Counted from the first letter of the stretch, positions 16,385 to 31,072 are shown. The stretch is 64,000 nucleotides of DNA from Eledone cirrhosa (GCA_964016885.1 OZ024760.1:33356001-33420000), one strand, 5' to 3'. Notes: generated from the letters alone by a model not told the origin. Made by a program: numbers and translations.

Positions 16385-16630
16385 TGGCTACAGTTGTATA
16401 GATTATACTTAGAAATTGTCCACAGAATTCCCTAAACCTTCGTCAATATACTAGAACCTTTAAGAATTTAGCTTTTAAGGAATCTCCCCCTCCTCCAAGT
16501 CTATCTACCATGACTGACCCCATACTGATCTTACAGACACCTGTAAGCTAAAGAGAAAGCCAATGATAAGGATTGGCTCCAATCTGAATACAGGAATCTG
16601 TCTGCCTTTGTTCCTCTAAGAACAAACATA
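16385..16630 (+). mobile_element. Internal fragment of the non-autonomous family also present at 32232-32915 and 63703-64000
   Basis: Aligns by eye with the reverse complement of about 32445-32700 (gaatttagctttta, tatctaccatgactga, tctgtctgcctttgtt). Confidence 0.7.
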
Positions 16631-16640
16631 TACAAACATT

Positions 16641-16700
<60 letters not shown>

Positions 16701-16718
16701 TATCTACACACACACACG

Positions 16719-16779
<61 letters not shown>

Positions 16780-16785
16780 GTATGC

Positions 16786-16861
<76 letters not shown>

Positions 16862-16868
16862 GCATATA

Positions 16869-17023
<155 letters not shown>

Positions 17024-17544
17024 CGTTTCTGAATTTGTTTAGCAAGATTCTTTATCTGAAATCGTGTGTTGAAACCGATATTGTTATACTTTGGGAGGGT
17101 CATGTTGCCAATAAGAAACACACGCACCAGTTGCTTTCACTTCAATTTATTATATATTTATAAATTTATAAATTTACAAATTTACAAACTTATAAATTTC
17201 TGGTTGGTTGGTTGGTTCCACAACCAGATAGTTGTTTATATATAGTCATAGTCCTTTCGTCACACACTGTTTACAAAACTACGCTGGAGCATCAAAAACA
17301 AGAGCAACAATATACGCACACACATATACAACACACATCCCAACAACAACAGACACACAGACACAAACAAGAATAACAACAACACACACATCAACAACAA
17401 CAACAATAGCAACATACCCAGATACAACAACAACAGACACGCAGACACAAGCAACAATAACAACACACACAACAACGATAACACACACGGAGACAACAAC
17501 AACACACATCAACAACAACAACAACAACAACACACACGCATTGA

Positions 17545-20238
17545 ATGCCTCTCACCACCACCACAATCTTAACAAACACACAGACACAGAAAACAAGTAA
17601 CGACAGTAGCACAGAAATCAGAGAAATAAGAGAAAGTAATAGGATTAAAAGGAAAAGGAGATGGGAGACTAAGGACAAAGAGAATAACCAAGACGAACAC
17701 ACAGACACACAAAATAGGGTAGATAACAACATTGAGCCAGTGGAAAGAGACAGGAGTAATTATGAGAGACATAGAAACAACCATGAGGCTGAGGCTGTTG
17801 GTGGAAATAGAAATAGAAACAACACAACTAACAATAATAATAGCACTAGTACCTGGAACTCTCCGTTTTATAACCCCTCCGATAAATCATTCGACCTACG
17901 ACGAGTCCACGCCACGACTCTGCCATTTAACAAACGCACGCAGTTGCCGTCGCAGGTCGATGAACAAACAGAAGCACAATTTAGTATAGCTAAATCCGAA
18001 CTTAGAAATATTATAGAACAGTATAGCAAGAAGCATAATAAAATAGAGGCCCAGCAACTGGGAGAAAAATCTGCAAATGGCTTGCGTAAGCTCATGCAGC
18101 GCTCGCGTAATGGAGAGATAGCATGTTTTCCAACAGACAAGTCTGGCAGAATGTCGGTTGACAGCCTGCCAAACTACATCCAGGCAATGCAACCCCACAT
18201 CACTAACACAAGAGAGGTAACACCACAGGAGCATGAGGATAGAGAAAAAGCCCTCAATGCCCATATGGTGATGTGGACGAATATAATGCAGCCCAACAAA
18301 AGGACTGCCAACAACTTCCAGGCCTGGAACAATGACGTGCCGGCGTTGTATGGGCTTCGAAAAGACCATAAAACGGGCTGTGACCCTGTCGCGGGACCAC
18401 CAACACGGCCAGTCTGTGGGGCTAACATTGCTAGTAACTACAGACTGTCCTACTTCCTCTCATTGATCATACGCCCCATCATTGAGATGTCCCCAGATGT
18501 GTGTGACAGCACGGAGGACCTCCTCAGCAGAATCGGCGCGAGTAACCGATCTGGGGACCTAACAAACTGCATAATAGGCAGTATGGATGTTGTGTCCCTG
18601 TATCCATCTATTGACGTGGATTTTGCTGTGGAGAAATGCGTAGAAATGATCAGCGAGAGCAAGGTTGAGTTCCGTGGGATTGATACCAGTGAGCTGGGAC
18701 TTCTACTTAAGCTTACCCATAGTAATAGTTACCTAGACACTTATGACCTTAGCAACCTGTGCCCTACAAGACCAGCAAGAGGCAGACCACCTACCATTAC
18801 CTCAATGGCCAAGAAAACCCACACAGATAGATGGAACGGGTGGACCAGAGCCATACGGACACCCGAAAACCACGATGAACTGAAGAAAATGATTGCACAT
18901 GCGGTAGGGGTCAGCATAAAATTAACCCTTAAGGAACATATGTTCAAATTTAATGGTAAAACATATGCCCAAGAGGAAGGAACAGCCATTGGTGTTAGCA
19001 TTGCAGGCGACATAGCTAACTTATTCATGGTATGGTGGGACAGTAGACTTAAACTTAAACTTAAAGAACAATTAGAAGACAGCTTAACCCTGATAATGTA
19101 CTCCCGCTACGTAGATGATATAAACATCGTAGTTAAGACACCCCCACTAGAGAACAGTCAGGAACTAGAGAAAAACACAATGGAAAGCATCCAGCAAATA
19201 GCAAACTCCATCCACCAGAGCATTAGAGTTACTATAGACTACCCAAGTAGACACCCCAACCATCGATTACCTGTACTAGACACAGAGCTCTGGTTAGATA
19301 CCATTAACAACCAAAAACAAATCCTCCATTCCCATTATGCTAAACCCATGACTTCCAAACATCTGATCCACCGAAACTCGGCCATTTCGGACCATACCAA
19401 AATCAACATACTGATTGCGGATTTGGTACGGCTGATGAGAAAAGTGTCCCGCATGTGCAACCCCGAAGAACTAGAGAGACACATACAACACTTCATCCAC
19501 CGTATGCAGTTCTCTGGCTACAATCAGAGAGATAGAATCAGAGTGTATAGAGGAGCCAGAACCAAATGGGAAAAAATGGTAAATAATGACATAAATGGGA
19601 CCTGCCCCTTGTATAGGAGCAAATTTTGGAATAGAATAGAAAGAACTAGGAACAAGGCCAATAGAATAAACTCATGGTATGATAGCAATAAATACCAGAG
19701 TGTAATGTTCATCAATACAACCCATAGAGGCGAACTAGCCTACACATTTAGAAGGGCCCTAAATAAACATAATCTCAATATTAAGATAGTAGAAAGACCA
19801 GGTACCTCCGTAAAAACACTTATTAGCAAGACATACCCGTTCCAAAGACCCTCATGTATAGATAAGAAATGTATAACCTGTAAAATAAGCCCCCATATTA
19901 ACTGTAAAACTAGAAATGTAGTGTATAGCATAAGATGTACAGAAGGACAATGTAGAAACAAAAATATAGTGTACATAGGTGAGACAGCTCGTAGTATAGG
20001 GGAACGAATAAATGAACACTGGCGAGACCTCCAAGATAATAAAGAATCATCTGTGCTCTACCAACATGCTAAGATAGAACACAGGGGTAGACTAGAGAAC
20101 ATAGAAATAAAAATAGAATCCACACACAGAAAAGACGCAATGTTTAGGCAAATTACAGAGGCAGTAAGCATAAAAGAATTAAAACCAAAATTAAATAGAA
20201 AATATGAGCGGAACAGCAACATCACAACTTACAATTAA
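17545..20238 (+). CDS. PLE reverse transcriptase with C-terminal GIY-YIG endonuclease (897 aa; true start uncertain)
   Basis: TDKSG; PTRPVCG; GSMDVVSLYPSID; QEEGTAIG; YSRYVDD; LPVLD; Cys linker CIDKKCITC..C; NVVY...YIGETARS..ER..EH; EA..I....PKLN. Confidence 0.93.
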   Translation: MPLTTTTILTNTQTQKTSNDSSTEIREIRESNRIKRKRRWETKDKENNQDEHTDTQNRVDNNIEPVERDRSNYERHRNNHEAEAVGGNRNRNNTTNNNNSTSTWNSPFYNPSDKSFDLRRVHATTLPFNKRTQLPSQVDEQTEAQFSIAKSELRNIIEQYSKKHNKIEAQQLGEKSANGLRKLMQRSRNGEIACFPTDKSGRMSVDSLPNYIQAMQPHITNTREVTPQEHEDREKALNAHMVMWTNIMQPNKRTANNFQAWNNDVPALYGLRKDHKTGCDPVAGPPTRPVCGANIASNYRLSYFLSLIIRPIIEMSPDVCDSTEDLLSRIGASNRSGDLTNCIIGSMDVVSLYPSIDVDFAVEKCVEMISESKVEFRGIDTSELGLLLKLTHSNSYLDTYDLSNLCPTRPARGRPPTITSMAKKTHTDRWNGWTRAIRTPENHDELKKMIAHAVGVSIKLTLKEHMFKFNGKTYAQEEGTAIGVSIAGDIANLFMVWWDSRLKLKLKEQLEDSLTLIMYSRYVDDINIVVKTPPLENSQELEKNTMESIQQIANSIHQSIRVTIDYPSRHPNHRLPVLDTELWLDTINNQKQILHSHYAKPMTSKHLIHRNSAISDHTKINILIADLVRLMRKVSRMCNPEELERHIQHFIHRMQFSGYNQRDRIRVYRGARTKWEKMVNNDINGTCPLYRSKFWNRIERTRNKANRINSWYDSNKYQSVMFINTTHRGELAYTFRRALNKHNLNIKIVERPGTSVKTLISKTYPFQRPSCIDKKCITCKISPHINCKTRNVVYSIRCTEGQCRNKNIVYIGETARSIGERINEHWRDLQDNKESSVLYQHAKIEHRGRLENIEIKIESTHRKDAMFRQITEAVSIKELKPKLNRKYERNSNITTYN

Positions 20239-20430
20239 GGACAAAATGAAAACACACACACGACAAAATGAAAACACACACATACATAGAACAAACAACT
20301 TACAATTAAGGACAAAATGAAAACACACACAGGACAAAATAAGAACACACACACACACATAGAACAAACAACCAACCAACAATAAATAAATAAATAAACA
20401 AATAGATAAATGAACACAAACACACACAGA

Positions 20431-20453
20431 CACCCGGATGTGGCGCATGCGCA
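20431..20453 (+). promoter_or_regulatory. Adjacent ETS-like (CCGGATGT) and NRF1-like (GCGCATGCGCA) motifs upstream of the HHR; candidate pLTR promoter
   Basis: Conserved in the copy at 61209-61228; a similar pair occurs in an unrelated element at 40338-40363. Confidence 0.4.
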
Positions 20454-20538
20454 AACTGAGCACACAACACACACACAGAAACAAAATGGCGTAGGATAGA
20501 AGAAAGGAAAGGCACAGAAACAAAGGAAAGGAATCCCC

Positions 20539-20583
20539 AGTCACTGAAGAGGTCACAGAGTGTGTGACGAAAGGACTATGACT
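20539..20583 (+). ncRNA. Type I minimal HHR
   Basis: aguca CUGAAGA g-gucac-agagugu-gugac GAAA gga CUA ugacu. Confidence 0.78.
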
Positions 20584-20758
20584 ATATATAAACAACTATC
20601 TGGTTGTGGAACCAACCAACCAACCAGAAATTTATAAGTTTGTAAATTTGTAAATATATAAATTTATAAATATATAATAAATTGAAGTGAAAGCAACTGG
20701 TGCGTGTGTTTCTTATTGGCAACATGACCCTCCCAAAGTATAACAATATATATATATG

Positions 20759-20820
<62 letters not shown>

Positions 20821-20821
20821 T

Positions 20822-22635
20822 ATTGGAATAAATGCTCTGAAATAGCGATATATATGTGAATATAGACATAGAATATTCGAAAATATTCTGTATGTTTATA
20901 ATAAACATTTTGAAGACCTAATCGCTATAGAATAGAATACGTCACGTATTACAATTAGATTCTCGATAAAAGCAAGGGAAGTAATCTACGCGTTTCATTC
21001 TTGTAAGAAATCATCAGGACTACATATCCAGTGCTTTTATCGAGAATGACACAGCTAGAGACTTATAGAATACTTAGCTGTGTACAGGAACTGGTTTGAA
21101 AGAGCGGTTGCCGGTCCGGCAGAAATTAGAAATTGGAATAAATGCTCTGAAATAGCGATATATATGTGAATATAGACATAGAATATTCGAAAATATTCTG
21201 TATGTTTATAATAAACATTTTGAAGACCTAATCGCTATAGAATAGAATACGTCACGTATTACAATTAGATTCTCGATAAAAGCAAGGGAAGTAATCTACG
21301 CGTTTCATTCTTGTAAGAAATCATCAGGACTACATATCCAGTGCTTTTATCGAGAATGACACAGCTAGAGACTTATAGAATACTTAGCTGTGTACAGGAA
21401 CTGGTTTGAAAGAGCGGTTGCCGGTCCGGCAGAAATTAGAAATTGGAATAAATGCTCTGAAATAGCGATATATATGTGAATATAGACATAGAATATTCGA
21501 AAATATTCTGTATGTTTATAATAAACATTTTGAAGACCTAATCGCTATAGAATAGAATACGTCACGTATTACAATTAGATTCTCGATAAAAGCAAGGGAA
21601 GTAATCTACGCGTTTCATTCTTGTAAGAAATCATCAGGACTACATATCCAGTGCTTTTATCGAGAATGACACAGCTAGAGACTTATAGAATACTTAGCTG
21701 TGTACAGGAACTGGTTTGAAAGAGCGGTTGCCGGTCCGGCAGAAATTAGAAATTGGAATAAATGCTCTGAAATAGCGATATATATGTGAATATAGACATA
21801 GAATATTCGAAAATATTCTGTATGTTTATAATAAACATTTTGAAGACCTAATCGCTATAGAATAGAATACGTCACGTATTACAATTAGATTCTCGATAAA
21901 AGCAAGGGAAGTAATCTACGCGTTTCATTCTTGTAAGAAATCATCAGGACTACATATCCAGTGCTTTTATCGAGAATGACACAGCTAGAGACTTATAGAA
22001 TACTTAGCTATAGAATACATATATATCGCTATTTCAGAGCATTTATTCCAATTTCTAATTTCTGCCGGACCGGCAACCGCTCTTTCAAACCAGTTCCTGT
22101 ACACAGCTAAGTATTCTATAAGTCTCTAGCTGTGTCATTCTCGATAAAAGCACTGGATATGTAGTCCTGATGATTTCTTACAAGAATGAAACGCGTAGAT
22201 TACTTCCCTTGCTTTTATCGAGAATCTAATTGTAATACGTGACGTATTCTATTCTATAGCGATTAGGTCTTCAAAATGTTTATTATAAACATACAGAATA
22301 TTTTCGAATATTCTATGTCTATATTCACATATATATCGCTATTTCAGAGCATTTATTCCAATTTCTAATTTCTGCCGGACCGGCAACCGCTCTTTCAAAC
22401 CAGTTCCTGTACACAGCTAAGTATTCTATAAGTCTCTAGCTGTGTCATTCTCGATAAAAGCACTGGATATGTAGTCCTGATGATTTCTTACAAGAATGAA
22501 ACGCGTAGATTACTTCCCTTGCTTTTATCGAGAATCTAATTGTAATACGTGACGTATTCTATTCTATAGCGATTAGGTCTTCAAAATGTTTATTATAAAC
22601 ATACAGAATATTTTCGAATATTCTATGTCTATATT

Positions 22636-22640
<5 letters not shown>
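20822..22640. mobile_element. Tandem array of a 310-bp HHR-containing unit (retrozyme-like): about 3.8 units on minus plus 2 units on plus, inversion at about 22009-22018
   Basis: Unit starts at 20823, 21133, 21443, 21753; units essentially identical; 6 HHR copies. Confidence 0.92.
22161..22203 (+). ncRNA. Representative HHR of the 310-bp array
   Basis: guaguc CUGAUGA u-uucuu-ac-aagaa-u GAAA cgc GUA gauuac; palindromic stem III ACGCGU. Confidence 0.85.
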
Positions 22641-22711
<71 letters not shown>

Positions 22712-22947
22712 TATATATGTATATATATGTATATATATATATATATATATATGATATGTATATATATGTATATATATATGTATATATATATATATATATA
22801 TATGATATATATATATATATGTATATATATACATTTATATATATGTATATATATGTATATATATGTATATATATATAAGTATATATATGTATATATATAT
22901 ATATATGTATATATATGTATATATATGTATATATATATATATATACG

Positions 22948-23034
<87 letters not shown>

Positions 23035-23037
23035 GTG

Positions 23038-23124
<87 letters not shown>

Positions 23125-23179
23125 GTATATATATGTATATATATATATATATATGTATATATATGTATATATATATATG

Positions 23180-24424
23180 TATAACTTTGAATAACTTTGA
23201 AATGTTTTGGCCAGTATTGGCCCAGGCCATGTCTAACTTAATAGTACCACCTGGCGAAGTCTTTCAATTCAGGTTTTGGGCACCATGGCCCATTCGAGAA
23301 GAGAATTACTGTTTGCGGAGACATATCCGGGTGTGGGTGGTTTGTCCGGGATTACTTGGAGGAATTTGTCCAAAGACTTCTTGAATTTTGTGTGGTCAGT
23401 TTCTGTTTTGACGTTGTCCTGGTGTGATGTTGAAGAGAGCAGAGCCGATTGAGGTGAAATAATTGTGCCGTATTGTTGTTATGAGTTGCGATTTAGATTT
23501 TTGAATGGGACGGATAGCACGGGGCCCAAGCCTTGGGTGTATCTTGAAGGCGATGCCAACATCATTTGGGCAGTGATGATGGAACATTTTCCACATCATG
23601 CAGATAATATAACGCTCACGGCGACGTTGGAGTGAGTAAAGTTTCAGGTTTTCTAGTCGACCCCAGTAGTCAAGGTCTGACATGCCATCTATCTTTTTCG
23701 TGATTGCCCTTTGAGGAGCTTCAAGTTTCATGATACTTTGTTTCGTGTGGGGAGACCACAGTGGACAACAGTTTTCAAGGTGTGGTCGGGCAAAAGTAGA
23801 GAAGAGAAGGATAATGATGTGGGAATCTCTCGACTGGAAGGTTCTGAGGATCCAGGAACACATTCTGCGGGCCATGTCAACTTTGCTGCTTATATGCGTG
23901 GTCCGGCCTATGTTGCTGTCCACGGTTACTCCCAAGTCTCTGATGTTGTTAGATGCCACGAGAGTTTCCCCGGAGGGAAGGGAGTACGGGAGTTTCAGAG
24001 CATCCTCTTTTCCAAAGTGGATCAGTTCGAATTTGTCTTCGTTCAGTAACATGTTGTTCTTTTCTGCCCATTGGGTAACAGCCAGTAGGTCTGACTGAAG
24101 GCTTATCCGGTCATCCACGCCATTGATGACCTTTTGGAGCTTGGAATCATCAGCGAAAATGTTAATGTTGCTGTGTTTGATGATGTCAGTGATGTCATTA
24201 ATATAGATGATGAAGAGAAGTGGGCCCAACACAGTGCATTGTGGGACCCCACTACTGACTTTGGCTAGGCTGGATTTGACTCCTTCAACTACAACATGTT
24301 GGGTTCTGTTTGACAGGAAGCTCTTGATCCACTGCAGCAGCTTTCCAGTGACACCAATATTGGACAGCTTTCTCAGTAGAATGTTATGATCAACCCTGTC
24401 AAAGGCCCTGCTGAAATCAAGGTA
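23180..24424 (-). mobile_element. 5'-truncated CR1-group LINE (RT domain through 3' end)
   Basis: [13 protein letters not shown]..., [38 protein letters not shown]; ends in tandem TTCAAAGTTA. Confidence 0.9.
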
Positions 24425-24426
24425 TA

Positions 24427-24505
<79 letters not shown>

Positions 24506-24578
24506 GTATATATATATGTATATATATATATATGTATATATATGTATATATATATGTATATATATGTATATATATATG

Positions 24579-24693
<115 letters not shown>

Positions 24694-24750
24694 GTATATA
24701 TATATGTATATATATGTATATATATATGTATATATATGTATATATATATG

Positions 24751-24820
<70 letters not shown>

Positions 24821-24828
24821 TATATGTG

Positions 24829-24859
<31 letters not shown>

Positions 24860-24927
24860 GTATATATATGTATATATATATATGTATATATATGTATATA
24901 TATATATATATGTATATATATGTAATG

Positions 24928-24962
<35 letters not shown>

Positions 24963-24967
24963 GTATA

Positions 24968-25010
<43 letters not shown>

Positions 25011-25830
25011 GGAATGGAAAACGCAAGTGACCTTCATAATCAGTTGTAAAGAAAATAGGGAAGTAAAATCTGGAATGTGAAGATATTAGGCAAGTGAATC
25101 GAAGAATAAAAGGGGGATGGGTTACTGGTGGATGTGAAGTAAAAATAAAAATAAAAATAAAAATAAAAATAAAAATAAAAATAAAAATAAAAATAAAAAT
25201 AAAAATAAAAATAAAAATAAAAATAAAAATAAAAATAAAAATAAAATTAAAAATAAGGTTAAAAATGAAAGTAAGAAAGAGTAGTCTTTAAAGAGAATAA
25301 TTTAAGTGAAGAATAAGAGCTTATGGAGGATAAGTATCTGAAAGTGTGTTAAGTTTATATGGGCTGGAAAGCAAGTGTGATTTCATGTGTGGGCAACTGG
25401 TGAAAATTTCAGTCTTTGTATTTAGGCAGGTTTTTGGTGATTTAAGGGTTCGTTAAATCCAATATTTTTCATTTATGCAGAGTGTGCATCTTCTTGTTCC
25501 TCTTGCATATTTATTAGATTGGTTCAAAATTGACCAATCCAATTTATATTGGATACCTTGGTCTTTCAAATCCCATATTCTGCTAGCCAGAGCTGTTGTG
25601 AACCTTTTTTTCTGGATGTCGGAAGGATGCGACATGTGAGTAATAACGCGTTTTGAATTTGTCTTGTGTCATACCCACATATCGTTCACTGGTGGCTGGT
25701 TGGTTGTTGCTGATGGTTGTCACTTTAGCTGCATATACAATGGCTTTGGTGTTGCATTTATCTTGTAATGGGCATTCACTTTTGACTCTACCGGAGCAAT
25801 TTTGATGTTCTCTGGGTGCTTTTTTGATGA
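25011..25830 (-). pseudogene. Hydra-type PLE GIY-YIG 3' fragment with disablements
   Basis: ECPLQDKC..AIVY; TTALASRIWDLK; RCTLCINEK; TSCPH. Confidence 0.8.
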
Positions 25831-25969
25831 TGATATAAGATTTTATATATCTCTTGCATTACTTTTATTTATATATATATATTTTTTTTGCATTTCTTGA
25901 GGAGACTTTCTAAATATTTCACTATGTTTTATATTGCCTTGTCCGACCAACGAATGAGGACGTTTTTTT

Positions 25970-26866
25970 CACACGAACACGCATAACACAAACTCCAGAA
26001 ACACACGCATACACACATTTACGCATAGAACCGCAAAGTATACGGCAAATAGAAGTACAACATCGAAATCAAACAAGTCACGCAGTAGAAAATATATTTG
26101 GTATAACCCCATATTTAACACCTCTATTAGTACTAACCTACCCTCTACTTTCTTTAGAATAATAAATAGGCACTTTCCAGATTCACATAGATACAGCAAA
26201 ATCCTTAACACTAAATCTATTAGACTATCCTACTCCACGGCACCAAATATAGGAGCACACATTAAGATGCTTAACGCTAAAAAGATACATAACAACACCA
26301 AAACACAAATTTACAACAATAACAATACAATTACCACCGAACACAACAGAATATCTAATACACAACCACCCGCTAATAGGCAAACCAAACGTAACACACT
26401 TGTTCAGGCATCGCAGCCCACAAATAATGCCAAAGTTTCCCATAACAAGAAATGCAACTGCCACCTACCTGAAACCTGTCCATTACAAAATGAATGTATG
26501 CAGTCTAACCTGGTTTACCAATGCACAGTGGAATCAGACAACCAGAAATGGTATTACATCGGAGCAACTGGGAATACTTTTAAAGCTCGTTGGTATACAC
26601 ACCGTTACGCAATGAAACATTCCCAGCACCTTGCAAACAAGACCTGGCAACTGAGGGAAAGTAACCATCAATACACCCTGAAGCGGAAAAAATTATCAAA
26701 CGCGCCCCCATATCGGAGTGGTATGAGAAGCTGTCGATTATGCGACCTTGAGCTGTTCCACATCTTAAGTTTGAAGAATAGGTTACTCAACAATAAAATT
26801 GAGAGATCAATTTATTGTAACCATAGACTCAAAGAGAAATTTTCGCACTACAAATCGAACACTTAA
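25970..26866 (+). pseudogene. Hydra-type PLE C-terminal fragment (RT end plus GIY-YIG)
   Basis: IWYNPIF...IRLSYST; KCNCHLPETCPL..C..NLVY; YYIGATGNTFKARW..H; CRLC; YCNH. Confidence 0.85.
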
Positions 26867-27082
26867 CCTCTTACTACCAACTGACAAACTGCATATACTT
26901 AGACTTTATACCCTCTTATATCTAGACCCTTTAATTACCCACAAAACCAATACAGATATCCTCCCTTCTCCCTCATTCCTCTTCTATTTCTTCGTTTTCT
27001 GCCTTCCTTCCCCCTTCTTGGCTATCTTTTCCTTTCTTCCTTCTCACCCCCTTCTTTGCTTTTATTTTTGTCATTATTATCT

Positions 27083-27129
<47 letters not shown>

Positions 27130-27163
27130 TGAATATGTGTGTGTGTGTGTATATATGTATATA

Positions 27164-27279
<116 letters not shown>

Positions 27280-27861
27280 TAAATCTACCAAAAGTTTACG
27301 GTAGTGTCCAATCCGTATGAAGAACTCAATGTAATCCGGATATCATGAAAAGAAGATGATGCATTCAGAAATCACTTTCGGTGAAAGATAAACGGAATAC
27401 AGAGTCAAGATAAAATATTAAAAAAATAATGAATAAACAAAGAAACAGTTCCTTATATTAAACAAAAAAAGTTCATTATTTTACGATCGTTTCTAGGACA
27501 TATATGTGTTAGAATTGGTATGCATATTCAAAAGATCTATGTACAAAATTATACAAACTATCAAAGAGAATATACATACCTTCACATATATATGCTGTCT
27601 TCAGAAATAATGATGCATATTTATTGATAATAACAACAATTCAAAATTACAGGTCTGTTTGGGAACAGATTTTAAATAGACCAATGAAATACATAAAAAT
27701 TCATCAAGAAAATACAGTTAGGTGTGTGTATATATGTATGTAAATCCGCTCACAGATGTGCATAAAAATGTATGTTCATATGTATACGTATGTTGAAAAA
27801 GTGTATGTAAATATAAAAATTTAGGCCTAATGTATCTGTATGTTTACAATCTACAGACAGA

Positions 27862-27896
<35 letters not shown>

Positions 27897-28449
27897 TACA
27901 TGCATACACATACATATACACATATATATACATACACATACATACATACACATATATACACACACACACACACACACATACGTATATATTATTATTATAA
28001 CTATATGGATATTGAGGCGCTCACATAAACACGCCCACACACACTTACATTTAGATGCAGAAGTAAAGGAGGTAAGGGAGTAAGTAATTAAAGGAAAGTG
28101 TCAATCTCGACATATTTATAAAAATGTATCCATAAAGTTAGAAATAAAAAAAAAATTTTTATAGAAGGAAAAACTAAAAAAAAGGGTGGAACAAAAAAAT
28201 AGGGGGGGGGGTACGTACATACACAGACGCGAATGTCTCACAAAAGAAATATAAAAAAACATAAAAAAACATAAAAGAGAGACATAAAATATACATGCTT
28301 ATATACATACGCACATTTACACATACATACGTTCGATACATACATACGTACACACACACACATACACATACTTAACCTCACGCATATTAACCTGTTTGTA
28401 TGCATATACATAAAAATAAGTAAAACATATACCCATACATATAAATACA

Positions 28450-28509
<60 letters not shown>

Positions 28510-28542
28510 TATACACACACACATATATGCATACACATACAC

Positions 28543-28685
<143 letters not shown>

Positions 28686-28812
28686 CACACACACATACCC
28701 ATGTATATATACACAACCACACACACACACACACACTCAGACATACATATATATAGAGACATACATACACACATCTCTACAAATACATATACATACACAT
28801 ACATACATACAC

Positions 28813-28882
<70 letters not shown>

Positions 28883-29109
28883 TCATACACACACATTTAC
28901 ATGCGCACATATGTATTTTTATACTCACATACAAACACACAAACATACATACACACTTACATACACATCCATACATCCACGCTTACAAATACAAATAATT
29001 ATTGGGGGGGGGATTAAAATTATTAGTGGGAAATAGTAAATATATAGGTTTCAAGGAACATAGAATATTAATCTGCAGTTAAATCATAATATGTGTTTAC
29101 ATAGTTATA

Positions 29110-30075
29110 TCAGTTTTAGGAAATGGTATTTGTAAGAAAGAAGGCTAAATTATGTATTTTAATATAAGTAGAATATTAATTATAGGTTAACTAAAATAAA
29201 AATAGTTAATATATTAATTTCTAAGGTGTATACTACTTAGGTTTATAATATTTAAAGCGGAATTTTGAAGTTAAACAGTAGTAGAGTATTAATTATAGCA
29301 TAACTAAATTAAAAATAATTACATATATTAACATGATGGTATCAATTTTAGGAAATGAATTTTGTAATAGGGAAAGCCAAATTAAGTATTTCATCGGTAG
29401 TAGAATATTAATTATAGGTTAACTAAATTAAAAATTATATATTAATTTCTATAGTATATGTTAATTAGGTTTATAATAATTAAAGCAAAATTTTGTATTT
29501 TATCTATAGTAGCATTTTAATTATAGGTTAACTAAATTAAAATTAATCTATATATTAATTTGTAAAGTGTATATTAATTAGGTATATATTTAAAAGTTTT
29601 TCTCAGTTTATGATTACACGATATTCTGCAATCCATCTGTATTAGAATTTTAATTATAAGCTAACTAAATTAAAATTATAGGTTAACTAAATTAAAATTA
29701 ATTTATATATTAATTTCTAAATTGTATATTAATTAGGTTTATAATATTAAAAAGTATTTCTCCGTTATTAATTACACGATATTTTGTTGTATTTCATCTG
29801 TAAAAGAATTTTAATAATAGGTTAAATAAACTAAAATTAATCTATATATTAATTTCCAAAGTAAATATTAATTATGTTAATAATATTTAAATGTTTTTCA
29901 CAGTTTATGATTATACGATATTTTTTAATTTCATCTGTAGTAGAATTTTAATTAAATTAAAATTATAGGTTAACTACATTAAAATTAATTTATATATTAA
30001 TTTCTAAAATATATATTATTAATTAGGTTTATAATATTTAAATGTTTTTCTCAGTTTATGATTACACGATATAAT
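29110..30075. repeat. Degenerate tandem repeat of about 120-150 bp derived from the end of the PLE ORF
   Basis: Recurring attaattaggtttataata..tttttctcagtttatgattacacgata and ttataggttaactaaattaaaa. Confidence 0.75.
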
Positions 30076-30784
30076 TAATTCATGTCGCTTATTTAATAGG
30101 ATATCCTTAGATTTCATTATTTCAAATAGTTCTTGGGAACACAATCTACATTCATTTCTATTATTTTGATAAGGGGTGGCTCTTTTGAGCACACTCCAGG
30201 TCATATCATATTCTATATTCTTATTTCTATAACTATTAATTTTTTCTGCTAGAGATGTTGTATTAGCCAGTGCGGCATTTTTAAAACTATGTTTGTGGGT
30301 ATTAAACCTTACCTTAAAATTGTTAGAAGTAGCTCCTATATATGAGCAAATAGAATCCTTAGTTTTAACTTTACATTTATAAACTATGTTGTTAACAAGA
30401 CAATTTCCTTTTAATGGGCAGTTTGCTTTGTTTCTACAGTTACAACCTTTCGTTAATTCTGTATTTGAGGAGATATTATGGTTAGTTTGATGTATTGGCG
30501 GTATACTTATGGTTTTTTTACATTTATATGCATTATAGGCACTTATATTTTGTTTTATGTTTTTGGTTGTTGAGTATGAGAATTTAACTGTTGATCTATT
30601 TAAGATTTGATGGTATTTGTGGTTTGGCGGGAAGTTTTTCTCTAGGATATTAAACATTTTTTTAGGTATATTATCCTTATAATAATAATATATACGTATG
30701 TGTGTGTGTGTGTGTGTATATATGTGTATGTATGTATGTGTATGTATATATATGTGTATATGTATATGTATGTGTATGCATGTA

Positions 30785-30823
<39 letters not shown>

Positions 30824-31072
30824 TCTGTCTGTAGATTGTAAACATACAGATACATTAGCCCTAAATTTTTATATTTACATACACTTTTTCAACATACGTA
30901 TACATATGAACATACATTTTTATGCACATCTGTGAGCGGATTTACATACATATATACACACACCTAACTGTATTTTCTTGATGAATTTTTATGTATTTCA
31001 TTGGTCTATTTAAAATCTGTTCCCAAACAGACCTGTAATTTTGAATTGTTGTTATTATCAATAAATATGCAT

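Noticed and set aside
27318-27332. ATGAAGAAC resembling 5.8S rRNA or a SECIS start
   Set aside because: No further rRNA similarity or SECIS geometry; it is the antisense of the tail hairpin
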